The notes: generated by a model from the letters alone, not told the origin. A stretch of 64,000 bases of DNA from Candidatus Staskawiczbacteria bacterium (GCA_026395215.1 JAPLZC010000006.1:8081-72080), one strand, 5' to 3'; numbered from the stretch's first letter, positions 1 through 8,359 are shown. Made by a program: numbers and translations.

Positions 1-108
1 GATTTTCCATAATACTAGCCACTTTTTTCACCATCATATAGAAAAGGTGGTTTTTTATTAGGAAATGGTTGTTTTTTGGGATAATTTTGAGTATACTGAA
101 ACAATAAA

Positions 109-441
109 ATGATAAACGGAAAAAAAGATAAAAATTTGAATTTTTCTAAGGTGTCGGTAAACGAGCTGATTTTGTTTTGCATACATTCTATAGTTTTGAA
201 TAACGAGCAGTGCAGTTTTGATAGACTTGTGAAGGAATGTTTTACTTTATTTCCGGATACGCTTAGATTTACAAGATATCCAATTTGGCCCGATTCAAGA
301 AAATTAGATAGGCCGCTGAGGGCGCTTAGAAATGATAAATTAATAGTAGGGGATCCTAAAACGTATTTTATTTTAACAAAAGAAGGAGAGGAAAAAGCCA
401 ATGTTGTCTCAAAAATGTTAAGACAAGGTAAGCTATTATAA
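109..441 (+). CDS. hypothetical protein (110 aa)
   Basis: ATG ORF in backbone AT-rich composition that ends 1 nt before the mltG start. No family recognised. Confidence 0.5.
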   Translation: MINGKKDKNLNFSKVSVNELILFCIHSIVLNNEQCSFDRLVKECFTLFPDTLRFTRYPIWPDSRKLDRPLRALRNDKLIVGDPKTYFILTKEGEEKANVVSKMLRQGKLL

Positions 442-442
442 A

Positions 443-1408
443 ATGAATGATTTTTCTACAATATCTATAGAATATCTAAAAAAAATTACATCAATAATTG
501 GGAGTGTTTTTTTGTTGATAATTTTTTATTTATGTTTTGAAATTTATGTCCCGGTAAATCCGGCCTCTCATGAAACAATTGTCTATACGGTGCAGAAAGG
601 TTGGGGGGATAGTGACATTGCTAATAATCTAAAGCAATTGGGTATAATTAGGAGTAGTTATTTTTTTAAGTTTTATGCGGTGTTGTCTTTAAAACATTCG
701 GGTTTGCAGGCCGGAGAATATAATTTGTCTCCAAGAGATTCTATTCATGAAATTGCCAACAAAATGGCTAATGGGGATGTTATAAGGGATAATGTTGTAA
801 TCTTGGAGGGCTGGGACGTAAGTGATATTGGCCAGTATTTAGAGTCAAAAGGAATATGTAAAAAAGATTATTTTGTTTCTCTTGCAAAAGGTCACGAAGG
901 CTATATTTTTCCGGACACTTATGAGATTGCCAAAGGAGAAACCTGCGAAGGTATTTTGAGTTTGGCGTTGGCTAATTTTGACAAAAAACTAACGCCGGAA
1001 TTAAGAGCTGAAATTATTAGCCAGAAAAAATCAATTTTTGATATTGTTACAATGGCCTCAATGATTGAAAAAGAAGTAAGAAGTTTGGATGACAAAAAAA
1101 TTGTTTCAGGTATTTTGTGGAAAAGGTTAGCCATTGATATGCCTTTGCAACTAGACGCAACAATTGTATATATTACCGGTAACGCCCAGATTACAGCAAA
1201 AGATAAATTAATAAACTCTCCATATAACACCTATAAATATTATGGCCTGCCAAAGGGGCCAATTTCAAATCCGGGCATAGACTCAATTACTGCTGCCATT
1301 TATCCAACAAAAACAAAGTACTGGTATTATTTAACCGACGGCATAACCCATTTTAGTGAAACCCTAGATCAGCACAATGCCGCCAAAGCCAAGTATTTAG
1401 GTAGGTAA
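443..1408 (+). CDS. mltG: endolytic murein transglycosylase MltG (YceG-like)
   Basis: N-terminal TM helix. Motifs HEGYIFPDTYE, ASMIEKE and NSPYNTYKYYGLPKGPISNPG are typical of the YceG/MltG family. Confidence 0.9.
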   Translation: MNDFSTISIEYLKKITSIIGSVFLLIIFYLCFEIYVPVNPASHETIVYTVQKGWGDSDIANNLKQLGIIRSSYFFKFYAVLSLKHSGLQAGEYNLSPRDSIHEIANKMANGDVIRDNVVILEGWDVSDIGQYLESKGICKKDYFVSLAKGHEGYIFPDTYEIAKGETCEGILSLALANFDKKLTPELRAEIISQKKSIFDIVTMASMIEKEVRSLDDKKIVSGILWKRLAIDMPLQLDATIVYITGNAQITAKDKLINSPYNTYKYYGLPKGPISNPGIDSITAAIYPTKTKYWYYLTDGITHFSETLDQHNAAKAKYLGR

Positions 1409-1413
1409 AACGC

Positions 1414-1554
1414 TTGACATATAATTCAAGATAGATTAAGATACAACTACAATTAATTAAAGCCATAGACAATGGGTCGCGAAAGCATAAATCCCATCGA
1501 GGCAACTCAACTAGTTTTATACTAGTTATTGCTGTCTGTGGAGACAGTTTTTTT
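1414..1554 (+). promoter_or_regulatory. rplJ promoter and structured leader with a terminator-like hairpin abutting the start codon (L10-leader-like)
   Basis: TTGACA 1414-1419, 17-nt spacer, TAAGAT 1437-1442. Stems atggg/cccat (1472-1497) and aactagt/actagtt. Hairpin ctgtct/agacag 1532-1547 followed by a T7 run 1548-1554 directly before ATG 1555. The position matches known L10(L12)4 autoregulatory leaders. Confidence 0.5.
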
Positions 1555-2049
1555 ATGGCACTAAATAAAGAACAGAAGACAAAGCAAATAGATAGTATTA
1601 AAGAAAGTGTTGCAAAACAAAAGTCGGTAATTTTTGTTGATTTTGCGAAGGTTCCTTCAAAGGAAATGTTTAGTTTGAGAAAATCTTTGAAAGAAGCTGG
1701 GTGTAAATTAAAAATTGCCAAGAAGACATTGGTTAGAATTGCTTTTGGGCAATCAAACATTTCATTTTGGAACAAAATGAAAGCAGTTATTCCTGGACAA
1801 TTAGCCTTGGTTTTTGGAATTGAAGATGATATAGCTCCAGCAAGAATTGCCAATCAGTTTTCAAAAACAAATGAAAATCTTAAGATTTTGGGAGGAATAT
1901 TTGAGAAGAGATTTATTGATAGAGAAAAGGTATTGGTATTAGCCAATTTACCTACAAGAAACGAGCTATTGGGCAGATTGGTCGGCTCTATATACAGCCC
2001 AGTGTCAAGCTTTGTAAGAGTATTAAATAAAATTAGCGAAAATAAATAA
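1555..2049 (+). CDS. rplJ: 50S ribosomal protein L10
   Basis: 164 aa, directly upstream of L7/L12. Typical L10 N-terminus (KEQKTKQIDSIKESVAKQKSVIFVDF). Confidence 0.9.
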   Translation: MALNKEQKTKQIDSIKESVAKQKSVIFVDFAKVPSKEMFSLRKSLKEAGCKLKIAKKTLVRIAFGQSNISFWNKMKAVIPGQLALVFGIEDDIAPARIANQFSKTNENLKILGGIFEKRFIDREKVLVLANLPTRNELLGRLVGSIYSPVSSFVRVLNKISENK

Positions 2050-2057
2050 ACAAAACA

Positions 2058-2140
2058 CTAATCTACGGAAAATATCCTAATCTACGGAAATACGAATTCG
2101 CATTTTTGTAGATTAGCATAAGATTTGCAGATTAGTATTA
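2058..2140 (+). repeat. intercistronic AT-rich word-palindrome element, family A copy 1
   Basis: 5' arm has 2x ctaatctac (2058, 2077). Core is tacgaattcgca 2091-2102. 3' arm has gtagattag 2108 and gcagattag 2127. The last 30 nt (2111-2140) are identical to 28513-28542. Confidence 0.7.
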
Positions 2141-2147
2141 TAATAAT

Positions 2148-2543
2148 ATGACAGACGAAATGCAAGTACCAGAAAAATTTCAGAAATTAGTAGCTGAAAT
2201 AGAGAAAATGCCAGTTGTAGAATTGGCAGAATTGGTAAAAGTTTTGGAAGCCAAATTTGGTGTTTCTGCAGCAGCTCCAGTAGCAGTTGCCGCAGCAGCC
2301 GCCGGACCAGTTGAGGAAAAGACTTCTTTTAACGTTGAGTTGAAAGAGGTTGGAGCTCAAAAAATTGAGGTTATTAAAGTTGTTAGAGATGTAACAGCCA
2401 AAGGATTGAAAGAATCAAAAGACTTGGTTGATGCAGCCGCAGCCGGAACAGCTCAATTGGTAAAAGAAGGCGTAAAGAAAGAAGAAGCCGCCGAAATTGA
2501 AAAGAAATTCGCCGCCGCCGGCGCCAAAGTAGTTATCAAATAG
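2148..2543 (+). CDS. rplL: 50S ribosomal protein L7/L12
   Basis: 131 aa with an Ala-rich hinge ([14 protein letters not shown]) and a C-terminal domain [19 protein letters not shown]. Confidence 0.95.
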   Translation: MTDEMQVPEKFQKLVAEIEKMPVVELAELVKVLEAKFGVSAAAPVAVAAAAAGPVEEKTSFNVELKEVGAQKIEVIKVVRDVTAKGLKESKDLVDAAAAGTAQLVKEGVKKEEAAEIEKKFAAAGAKVVIK

Positions 2544-2562
2544 GAAATAGAAATTAGAAAAA

Positions 2563-2589
2563 GCAGAGGATTGACTCCTCTGCTTTTTT
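2563..2589 (+). terminator. rho-independent terminator after rplL
   Basis: gcagagga/tcctctgc 8-bp stem, 5-nt loop, T6 run. Confidence 0.8.
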
Positions 2590-2667
2590 GTTGTAAGGTT
2601 ATTGCCGAAGGACGTAATGTGCGTTCTAAAACGGAATGCGGACGTTCTTTGACAAGGAGGATGTGTT

Positions 2668-3165
2668 ATGGCAACAACAAAACTGGCCAGCACGTTCACT
2701 GGGGTTCGGTACAACATTGGCGTGAGACTAGACCAACTTTTGTCGGTTGGAGACTATTTTCGAAAGGCGGGTCTCGCTGGTGATGACGAAAGGGATATTG
2801 TTGATACGTCCGGATGGAATATGAAGAACAAAACGGTAGGTGTTCGCGTTTTCGTTCCATCTGGCAATCACGGTGGAAGAAGTAATTACGAAATCTTCTG
2901 GGAGGAGATGGGCAAATTTGGTGTTACTAAAAAGAATATACGGCATGCTGAAGCAGTAACTCTACGTTGCCCGCCGGCGCCGGAACCGTGCACGGATGAT
3001 GGATATCTTGGGACTTGCTCCATATGTGGGGAAGAACACCCAGTGATTGGTCCTATTGGAGCAGAGAGGAAATTCCTTATGGGGCGTCATACTCCCCATG
3101 GTGATGATTCTAGCCTCTGTAGTGGCACTTCTGCGCTTCCCAATGGTGAAGTGCGGCGTAAATAA
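2668..3165 (+). CDS. hypothetical protein, GC-rich cassette a (165 aa, Cys-containing C-terminal half)
   Basis: ATG preceded by AAGGAGG at 7-nt spacing. GC-richer than its neighbours. Own terminator downstream. No family recognised. Confidence 0.6.
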   Translation: MATTKLASTFTGVRYNIGVRLDQLLSVGDYFRKAGLAGDDERDIVDTSGWNMKNKTVGVRVFVPSGNHGGRSNYEIFWEEMGKFGVTKKNIRHAEAVTLRCPPAPEPCTDDGYLGTCSICGEEHPVIGPIGAERKFLMGRHTPHGDDSSLCSGTSALPNGEVRRK

Positions 3166-3204
3166 CCATAGTACCTGATTTTCAGGTTGTTGCTTTGCAA
3201 CGGC

Positions 3205-3232
3205 GTCCCGATGTCACATCGGGACTTTTTTT
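3205..3232 (+). terminator. rho-independent terminator after cassette a
   Basis: gtcccgatg/catcgggac 9-bp stem, 3-nt loop, T7 run. Confidence 0.8.
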
Positions 3233-3244
3233 ATAAATTGATTG

Positions 3245-3272
3245 TTGACAAATTGGGGACTTCTGGTATACT
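3245..3272 (+). promoter_or_regulatory. sigma70-type promoter of cassette b
   Basis: TTGACA 3245-3250, 16-nt spacer, TATACT 3267-3272. The leader contains a perfect 10-bp hairpin gtagcgattt/aaatcgctac at 3309-3348. Confidence 0.55.
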
Positions 3273-3405
3273 TAAAATATTAAATTGTTCTTTGAAATTT
3301 GATTCTCGGTAGCGATTTGGAAATAAATATTTGTTTTTAAATCGCTACTGAGACAGTGGCCATGTGGGAACAAGTCCCTCATGAACCTGGAACGGGAGAA
3401 CAGAA

Positions 3406-3888
3406 GTGAGCAGGAACAGCAAGAAGGGTGATGTCCAAACAATGTCGTTAAGCCAAGGTGTGATGTTGGCGATCGACATGAACCGTGAAGCCTTGTTGAA
3501 GGTTAACGGTGGAATTCTGCACGGAATGCAGGTTAACATGGAGCTTGGCTCTGAGAGACCGGGTCGTTCGATTTTGGATCTGAGGAAGGATCCGTACTTC
3601 GACGCCGCGACCAAGGACGAGACCATACGGGTGATCACCTTCAACGGCTCAGCCATGGGCCGTAACGGATGGTTCCGTTTTACCAGCATCTGCATAATCA
3701 GTAATTTTGTGCAGAAGATGTGGGACCCGTGGTTCGTCGACGTCAAAATCGAAGACTCCGACAAACTCCGGTTCACATACGTCAGGGACCACGAAGGCTT
3801 GCCGGTTATGATTGACTGGCACGCGGTCTCAGACGATTACCCGCCTCTTTCGGAGGATACGGGCACTGAGGATGCGGACGAGGAGTAA
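3406..3888 (+). CDS. hypothetical protein, GC-rich cassette b (160 aa from GTG 3406; alternative ATG 3442)
   Basis: GGGAG lies 8 nt before GTG 3406, and GAAGGGTGA lies before ATG 3442. GC-rich coding composition with an acidic C-terminus. No family recognised. Confidence 0.55.
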   Translation: MSRNSKKGDVQTMSLSQGVMLAIDMNREALLKVNGGILHGMQVNMELGSERPGRSILDLRKDPYFDAATKDETIRVITFNGSAMGRNGWFRFTSICIISNFVQKMWDPWFVDVKIEDSDKLRFTYVRDHEGLPVMIDWHAVSDDYPPLSEDTGTEDADEE

Positions 3889-3900
3889 TATCCGCTTTAA

Positions 3901-3948
3901 AGCGCCGGAAGAGTGAGAACATCTCACTCAACCGGCGCTGTTTTTTTT
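3901..3948 (+). terminator. rho-independent terminator after cassette b
   Basis: Nested stems agcgccgg/ccggcgct and gagtgag/ctcactc followed by a T8 run. Confidence 0.85.
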
Positions 3949-3977
3949 GCAAAAAGATGGTAGAATTGTTTAATAGG

Positions 3978-4002
3978 TTAGAGGGCAGTTAGTTCACTGG
4001 TA
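3978..4002 (+). repeat. degenerate duplicate of the tRNA-Val 5' end (left direct repeat of the GIY-YIG cassette)
   Basis: ttagagggcagttagttcactggta aligns with ttagagggcacgtagctcagctggtta at 4328-4354, about 21 of 27 positions. Confidence 0.6.
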
Positions 4003-4084
4003 CCCGACCAAAGCCCGCAAGGCGGGCATTGTGACGGGCCCGTCAAAATGCGCAAAGCGCTTTTGTCGGGGAGCATCAAATTTT

Positions 4085-4342
4085 ATGTTTTACACTTACG
4101 CATTTTACGACAAAACTAGAGGAATATTTTATATCGGTTTTACTAATGATTTGAAACGCAGAGTTAAGGAACATCAATTAGGTAAAACTCAAACGACACA
4201 AAGAATGCCGGACAAATTATTAGTTTATTATGAAGCCTGTTTATCTAAGAAAGATGCAGAGGATAGAGAAAGACAATTAAAAACAGGATTTGGTAGGGGG
4301 TACCTAAAACGAAGATTGAAATATTATTTAGAGGGCACGTAG
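4085..4342 (+). CDS. GIY-YIG nuclease-domain protein (small UPF0213/YhbQ-like)
   Basis: The N-terminus FYTYAFYDKTRGIFYIGFTNDLKRRVKEHQ is a classic GIY-YIG block. Start taken at ATG 4085 rather than the GTG 4031 track start. The stop codon lies inside the first 10 nt of tRNA-Val. Confidence 0.75.
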   Translation: MFYTYAFYDKTRGIFYIGFTNDLKRRVKEHQLGKTQTTQRMPDKLLVYYEACLSKKDAEDRERQLKTGFGRGYLKRRLKYYLEGT

Positions 4343-4406
4343 CTCAGCTGGTTAGAGCGCACCATTCACATTGGTGAGGTCTGTGGTTCGAGTCCACACG
4401 CGCCCA
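4333..4406 (+). tRNA. tRNA-Val (anticodon CAC)
   Basis: Manual cloverleaf. Acceptor GGGCACG/CGCGCCC has one A-C mismatch. D arm GCTC..GAGC. Anticodon loop TTCACAT. T arm TGTGG-TTCGAGT-CCACA. Discriminator A. No encoded CCA. Confidence 0.85.
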
Positions 4407-4407
4407 C

Positions 4408-4869
4408 ATGACAGTTCAAGAGTTTAGAGAAAAAATAAAGCCATTAATAAAGTTGTCTATTGAGGGCAAAGATTTTTTGGTCAAAGAAGTTGTTAAATTT
4501 AGATTTGACGACGGAAGTTTTTATATAAAATGCTGGATTAGCGACGATTATGTGTTTGCTGACGATTTAAATGAAAATAATTTTTTATTAGTTAAAGAAG
4601 TAAAGACGCCATTTGTGGCACCGTTTGCCCAAGAATTAGAATTTGATAATAAAAAATTTAGTTTTTTATATTCGGCCCACGCAATAGCCGAAGAAATTCA
4701 GGGAGAGGAAATATTTAAAAAGGGAGAAGGCGAAAGGTTTTGGGATTATAGAGCAGAAGACAATAGTTATCTTAGTCTAGGAACAGAAGATAAAACGGGC
4801 GAAAGAGCAGATTTTTACGGAAAAATTATAGATGTTAACCTAGTGGAAATTCATGATAGCGCAATATAA
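4408..4869 (+). CDS. hypothetical protein (153 aa)
   Basis: ATG lies 1 nt after tRNA-Val. Backbone composition. Overlaps the next ORF by 17 nt. Confidence 0.55.
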   Translation: MTVQEFREKIKPLIKLSIEGKDFLVKEVVKFRFDDGSFYIKCWISDDYVFADDLNENNFLLVKEVKTPFVAPFAQELEFDNKKFSFLYSAHAIAEEIQGEEIFKKGEGERFWDYRAEDNSYLSLGTEDKTGERADFYGKIIDVNLVEIHDSAI

Positions 4870-5236
4870 AAAATTACTTTGGACGGAGCATAGTAAGATT
4901 AAGATGAGGCAGTACGGGTTGTCCAAACAAAAGTTGTTGGGGATACTTTATAAACCGGAAAGAAAAGAACAGGGGATTGTGCCCGGGACTGCCGCCGTAA
5001 TGAAAACCAACAAGACATTTTTCAGGGAAAAACAAATAAGCCTGGATAAAGCCTGGAAAAAGCCGCGTAAAGCTCCCGGAGAAATCTGGTTGATGTATAA
5101 GGATGTAAAAATGGCTATGGTGCCGGTGCGCAAAATAATCAGCGCATGGCGTTATCCGGGCATTTCTAAACCGGGAGAAGCAATTCCAATACCTGACGAT
5201 ATTAAAATTTTCTTAAATAGTGGTACAATAGAGTAA
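4853..5236 (+). CDS. hypothetical protein (127 aa)
   Basis: Overlapping-operon arrangement with both flanking ORFs. No confident family. Confidence 0.5.
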   Translation: MIAQYKKLLWTEHSKIKMRQYGLSKQKLLGILYKPERKEQGIVPGTAAVMKTNKTFFREKQISLDKAWKKPRKAPGEIWLMYKDVKMAMVPVRKIISAWRYPGISKPGEAIPIPDDIKIFLNSGTIE

Positions 5237-5625
5237 TGCAATCATCTGAAAGAAAAAATATCATATCATTGTGGCTAGTTTGGCATTTTGGAGAGATGCC
5301 GAGGTTTTTGGCTGGGGTCTGGAAAAACTATATTTTATTTGCCTCAAACTATTTTTCATTGCCAATCTTGTTAAAATCACTTTTTGCCCCATGGCGAAGG
5401 TACAGATGGAATTATCCTAAGGGTTTTCAGATTGGAGAATTTTTTACCACTCTTGTTTCTAATATTTTTTCCCGTTTGATGGGTGCCATGGTCAGGATTG
5501 TTTTAATTATTTGCGGAATTGTTTTTCAAATTTTTGTTATATTAGCAGGAGCAGTAGTTTTTATATTTTGGATATTGCTCCCTCTTATTATAATAATTGG
5601 TTTGTGGTTTGTTTTTTTCTACTAA
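5236..5625 (+). CDS. hypothetical membrane protein (129 aa)
   Basis: Strongly hydrophobic C-terminal half (IVLIICGIVFQIFVILAGAVVFIFWILLPLIIIIGLWFVFFY). Confidence 0.55.
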   Translation: MQSSERKNIISLWLVWHFGEMPRFLAGVWKNYILFASNYFSLPILLKSLFAPWRRYRWNYPKGFQIGEFFTTLVSNIFSRLMGAMVRIVLIICGIVFQIFVILAGAVVFIFWILLPLIIIIGLWFVFFY

Positions 5626-5640
5626 ACATAAATTAAAAAG

Positions 5641-8181
5641 ATGGATTTTTATTTTAAAAACACAAAGATTTTCTTAGCTTTAAAGAGGGCGCGATTTCCT
5701 TTATTTAGGTTCGCGGGATTTTTGAAAAATCTTTTTTTGGTTTTGTTTGTATTAGAAGCAATATTACTAGTGGTGGCGCAAAGCCATAATGCGGAAAAAA
5801 CGCTAATTTTATTTTTATTGTTGTATCTTGTCTTTTGGAATTTTGAGTTATTTTTGAGGTTGAAAATAAAAAGACCAAGCACTAATTTAAAAATTGAAGG
5901 TGCTGTTTTAAGCCCCAATGATTATAATCTGGCCGAGCTTTTAAGTTTTAATATGGCCACGGTTGTTTTAGAAGCAATAAATTTTTCTAAGAAAAAGAGA
6001 ATTCCAGTTAGTTCAACATCACTTCTTTATTCTGCGGTAAGGTATGGTAGAGATGTAAATCTAATTTGTTTGCGTTTAGGAATAAATCCTAAAAAATTGC
6101 AATCTGATATCAAAAATTATTTAGAAAAAACTGAGAAACATAATGTTACTGGGGAATTGTTTTCAGAAGATTTTAAAAAAGTAATAAGTAACGCGCTTAA
6201 ACTATCTGCGGATAGGGGACATAAATATATTGGGCAAAATGAGGTTTTGGTTGCTTTAGCCAAAGAAGATGATTTTTTTAAAAAAACACTGGTAGAGTTT
6301 GATCTCAAACCCGAAGATGTTGATAACTTAACATTATGGGTATCTTCGGCAGTAGATTTGGCAGATAGTAATAAAAAGTTTTGGACTTATGAAAATTTGG
6401 CGAGAAAAGGGTCGCTGGGTAAGAATTTTTCATCAGGATATACCATAACACTGGATAAATATGCAATTGATTGGAGAAAATATGTTTCGCAATGGAGGTT
6501 TACGGAAATTATTGGTCATGAAAAAGAAATAGACCAAGTTGAGGTAATTTTGGCAAAATCTAGTATGGCCAATGTGTTGATTGTGGGTGACGCGGGGGCA
6601 GATAGAAAAAGTATTGTTAAGGCAATAGCTCACAAATGTTATTTGGGAACAACTTTGCCCGAGTTAAACAACAAAAGGGTTGTGGAGCTAGATGTTGTTT
6701 CATTGGTTACCCAGATTTCTGATTTTGAAAAAGTAGAATATGTGCTAGGCCAGATTTTTTTGGAAGTTGCAATGTCAGGCTCTGTGATTTTAGTAATTGA
6801 TAACTTAGAAAACTTTGTGGGACAGAATGTGCAAAAAGCCGGCGCATTTGATATTTCAGGAGTGCTTTCAAAATATTTGCCTTTGCGTAACTTTCAGCTT
6901 GTTTGTTTGACTTCTCAAGATGGCTTGCACAAAAACATAGAAAAAGAGGCAGGGCTTGCTAATTCATTTGGGAAGGTTGAGGTTGTAGAAGTCACAGAAT
7001 TAGAAACAATAAATATTTTGCAATCAGTTGCTTTGGATTTGGAATACGTGCATAAGGTTTTGGTTTTGTATCCTTCTATTCGTGAGATTGTAAATTTGAC
7101 CGCGCGATATATGCCAAGTTTGCCTTTTCCTAAAAAGGCTTTAGATGTTTTGGAGGAATCAGTTGTCTACGTGCAAAAATTACGCGAAAAAATTGTTTTG
7201 CCCCACCACATAGCTGAAATTATTTCTAAAAAAACAGATATACCTGTTGGAAAAATGGAGGTAAAAGAAAAAGAGGTTTTGCTTAATTTGGAAAATTTAA
7301 TTCATAACAGAATTGTTAACCAAGAAGAAGCGGTTAGCCAAATATCTATTGCAATGAGGCGAGCCAGAATGGGAATTGCCTCAAAAACAAGGCCAATGGG
7401 AACATTTTTATTTTTGGGCCCAACGGGAGTGGGCAAGACTGAAACTGCAAAAGCTTTGGCCCAAATATATTTTGGATCTGAGAAAAAAATGATAAGGCTT
7501 GATATGTCAGAGTTTCAGGCAATTTCAGATATTCCAAGATTATTAGGAGCTACTTCTCCGGTTGAAATGCAAGGACTTTTAACAACACCTGTTAGAGAAG
7601 CACCGTTTTCTCTAATTTTGTTAGATGAAATAGAGAAAGCCCACCCTAATATTTTAAATTTGTTTTTGCAGGTTTTAGATGAAGGCCATATAACCGACGG
7701 GCAGGGCAGGAAAGTTGTTTTTGCAAATACAATTATAATTTGTACATCAAACGCCGGCGCCGATATGATTTTTAAGCAAGTAGAAGCTAGTCAAGCAGTT
7801 GAGAAAGATAAATTACTAAGTTCTCTCTTCGAAAAAAATATTTTCAGACCGGAATTTGTAAACCGTTTTGACGCTACTATAATTTTCCATCCTTTAACAA
7901 AAGACAACTTAATGAAAATTGCTCAGTTGTCTTTGCAGGGTTTACAAAAAGGTTTGAAGGAAAGGGATATAGATTTTATAATTACAGAATCACTCAAAGA
8001 AAGAATTGTAGAATTATCTTATAAGCCCGAGTTCGGCGCCAGAGAAATGCGAAGAGTTGTCCAAGATAAAGTGGAAAATGCGGTTGCCACAGCTCTTCTA
8101 TCTGATAAAATAAAAAAAGGAGATAAGTTTGAAATTAACCCAGAAAATTTTGAAATATTTATAAATCCCCCAAAGCCGTAA
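5641..8181 (+). CDS. Clp/Hsp100-family AAA+ ATPase, membrane-anchored, with a degenerate first nucleotide-binding domain
   Basis: NBD2 has Walker A GPTGVGKT, Walker B LILLDEIEKAH, TSNAG and FRPEFVNRFD. The N-terminus has two hydrophobic helices. The NBD1 P-loop reads GDAGADRKS and its Walker B reads VIDNLE. Confidence 0.8.
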   Translation: MDFYFKNTKIFLALKRARFPLFRFAGFLKNLFLVLFVLEAILLVVAQSHNAEKTLILFLLLYLVFWNFELFLRLKIKRPSTNLKIEGAVLSPNDYNLAELLSFNMATVVLEAINFSKKKRIPVSSTSLLYSAVRYGRDVNLICLRLGINPKKLQSDIKNYLEKTEKHNVTGELFSEDFKKVISNALKLSADRGHKYIGQNEVLVALAKEDDFFKKTLVEFDLKPEDVDNLTLWVSSAVDLADSNKKFWTYENLARKGSLGKNFSSGYTITLDKYAIDWRKYVSQWRFTEIIGHEKEIDQVEVILAKSSMANVLIVGDAGADRKSIVKAIAHKCYLGTTLPELNNKRVVELDVVSLVTQISDFEKVEYVLGQIFLEVAMSGSVILVIDNLENFVGQNVQKAGAFDISGVLSKYLPLRNFQLVCLTSQDGLHKNIEKEAGLANSFGKVEVVEVTELETINILQSVALDLEYVHKVLVLYPSIREIVNLTARYMPSLPFPKKALDVLEESVVYVQKLREKIVLPHHIAEIISKKTDIPVGKMEVKEKEVLLNLENLIHNRIVNQEEAVSQISIAMRRARMGIASKTRPMGTFLFLGPTGVGKTETAKALAQIYFGSEKKMIRLDMSEFQAISDIPRLLGATSPVEMQGLLTTPVREAPFSLILLDEIEKAHPNILNLFLQVLDEGHITDGQGRKVVFANTIIICTSNAGADMIFKQVEASQAVEKDKLLSSLFEKNIFRPEFVNRFDATIIFHPLTKDNLMKIAQLSLQGLQKGLKERDIDFIITESLKERIVELSYKPEFGAREMRRVVQDKVENAVATALLSDKIKKGDKFEINPENFEIFINPPKP

Positions 8182-8200
8182 ATTAAATTCTAAATTAAAA

Positions 8201-8225
8201 CTCGGGCAAACAAGCCCGAGTTTTT
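8201..8225 (+). terminator. rho-independent terminator after the clp-like gene
   Basis: ctcgggc/gcccgag stem, 6-nt loop, T5 run. Confidence 0.8.
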
Positions 8226-8263
8226 AGTTATTGACAAATTCGTAAAATGCTATAAACTGGAGT

Positions 8264-8323
8264 GACAACTCTGGTCTTTGACATTTTACAGTTTTTATCT
8301 TTGCCCGCAAAGCAAAGAGCTGT
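8264..8323 (+). repeat. 60-nt shared 5' leader, copy 1 (upstream of the FucI-like gene)
   Basis: gacaactctggtctttgacattttacagtttttatctttgcccgcaaagcaaagagctgt is identical to 10157-10216 except for one A/G difference. It starts at the predicted +1 of a TGcTATAAA extended -10 (8248-8256). It contains the ctttgc-cc-gcaaag inverted repeat. Confidence 0.85.
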
Positions 8324-8359
8324 TTTTGTGTTGAAGTCCAGAAAGCAGGGGAGTAGGAA

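Noticed and set aside
2571-2783. The 70-aa ORF 2571-2783 overlapping the start of cassette a.
   Set aside because: It begins inside the rplL terminator, lacks an SD, and overlaps the better-supported SD-led ORF at 2668 in another frame.
3205-3232. Similar terminator hairpins with a CCGATGT-ACATCGG-like core (3205-3232, 36792-36826, 50445-50471, and the inner stem of the T-box terminator at 42039-42057) as a dispersed repeat family related to the REP hairpins.
   Set aside because: The similarity is limited to about 6-7 nt of stem sequence, and all sit in ordinary terminator positions. This may simply reflect preferred terminator stems. It could be revisited with a genome-wide census.
4003-4071. 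The GC-rich cloverleaf-like structure as a genuine extra tRNA gene.
   Set aside because: Its loops are only 3-5 nt. There is no T-loop, D-loop or 7-nt anticodon loop and no conserved tRNA positions. I kept it only as a possible structured RNA in the GIY-YIG cassette finding.
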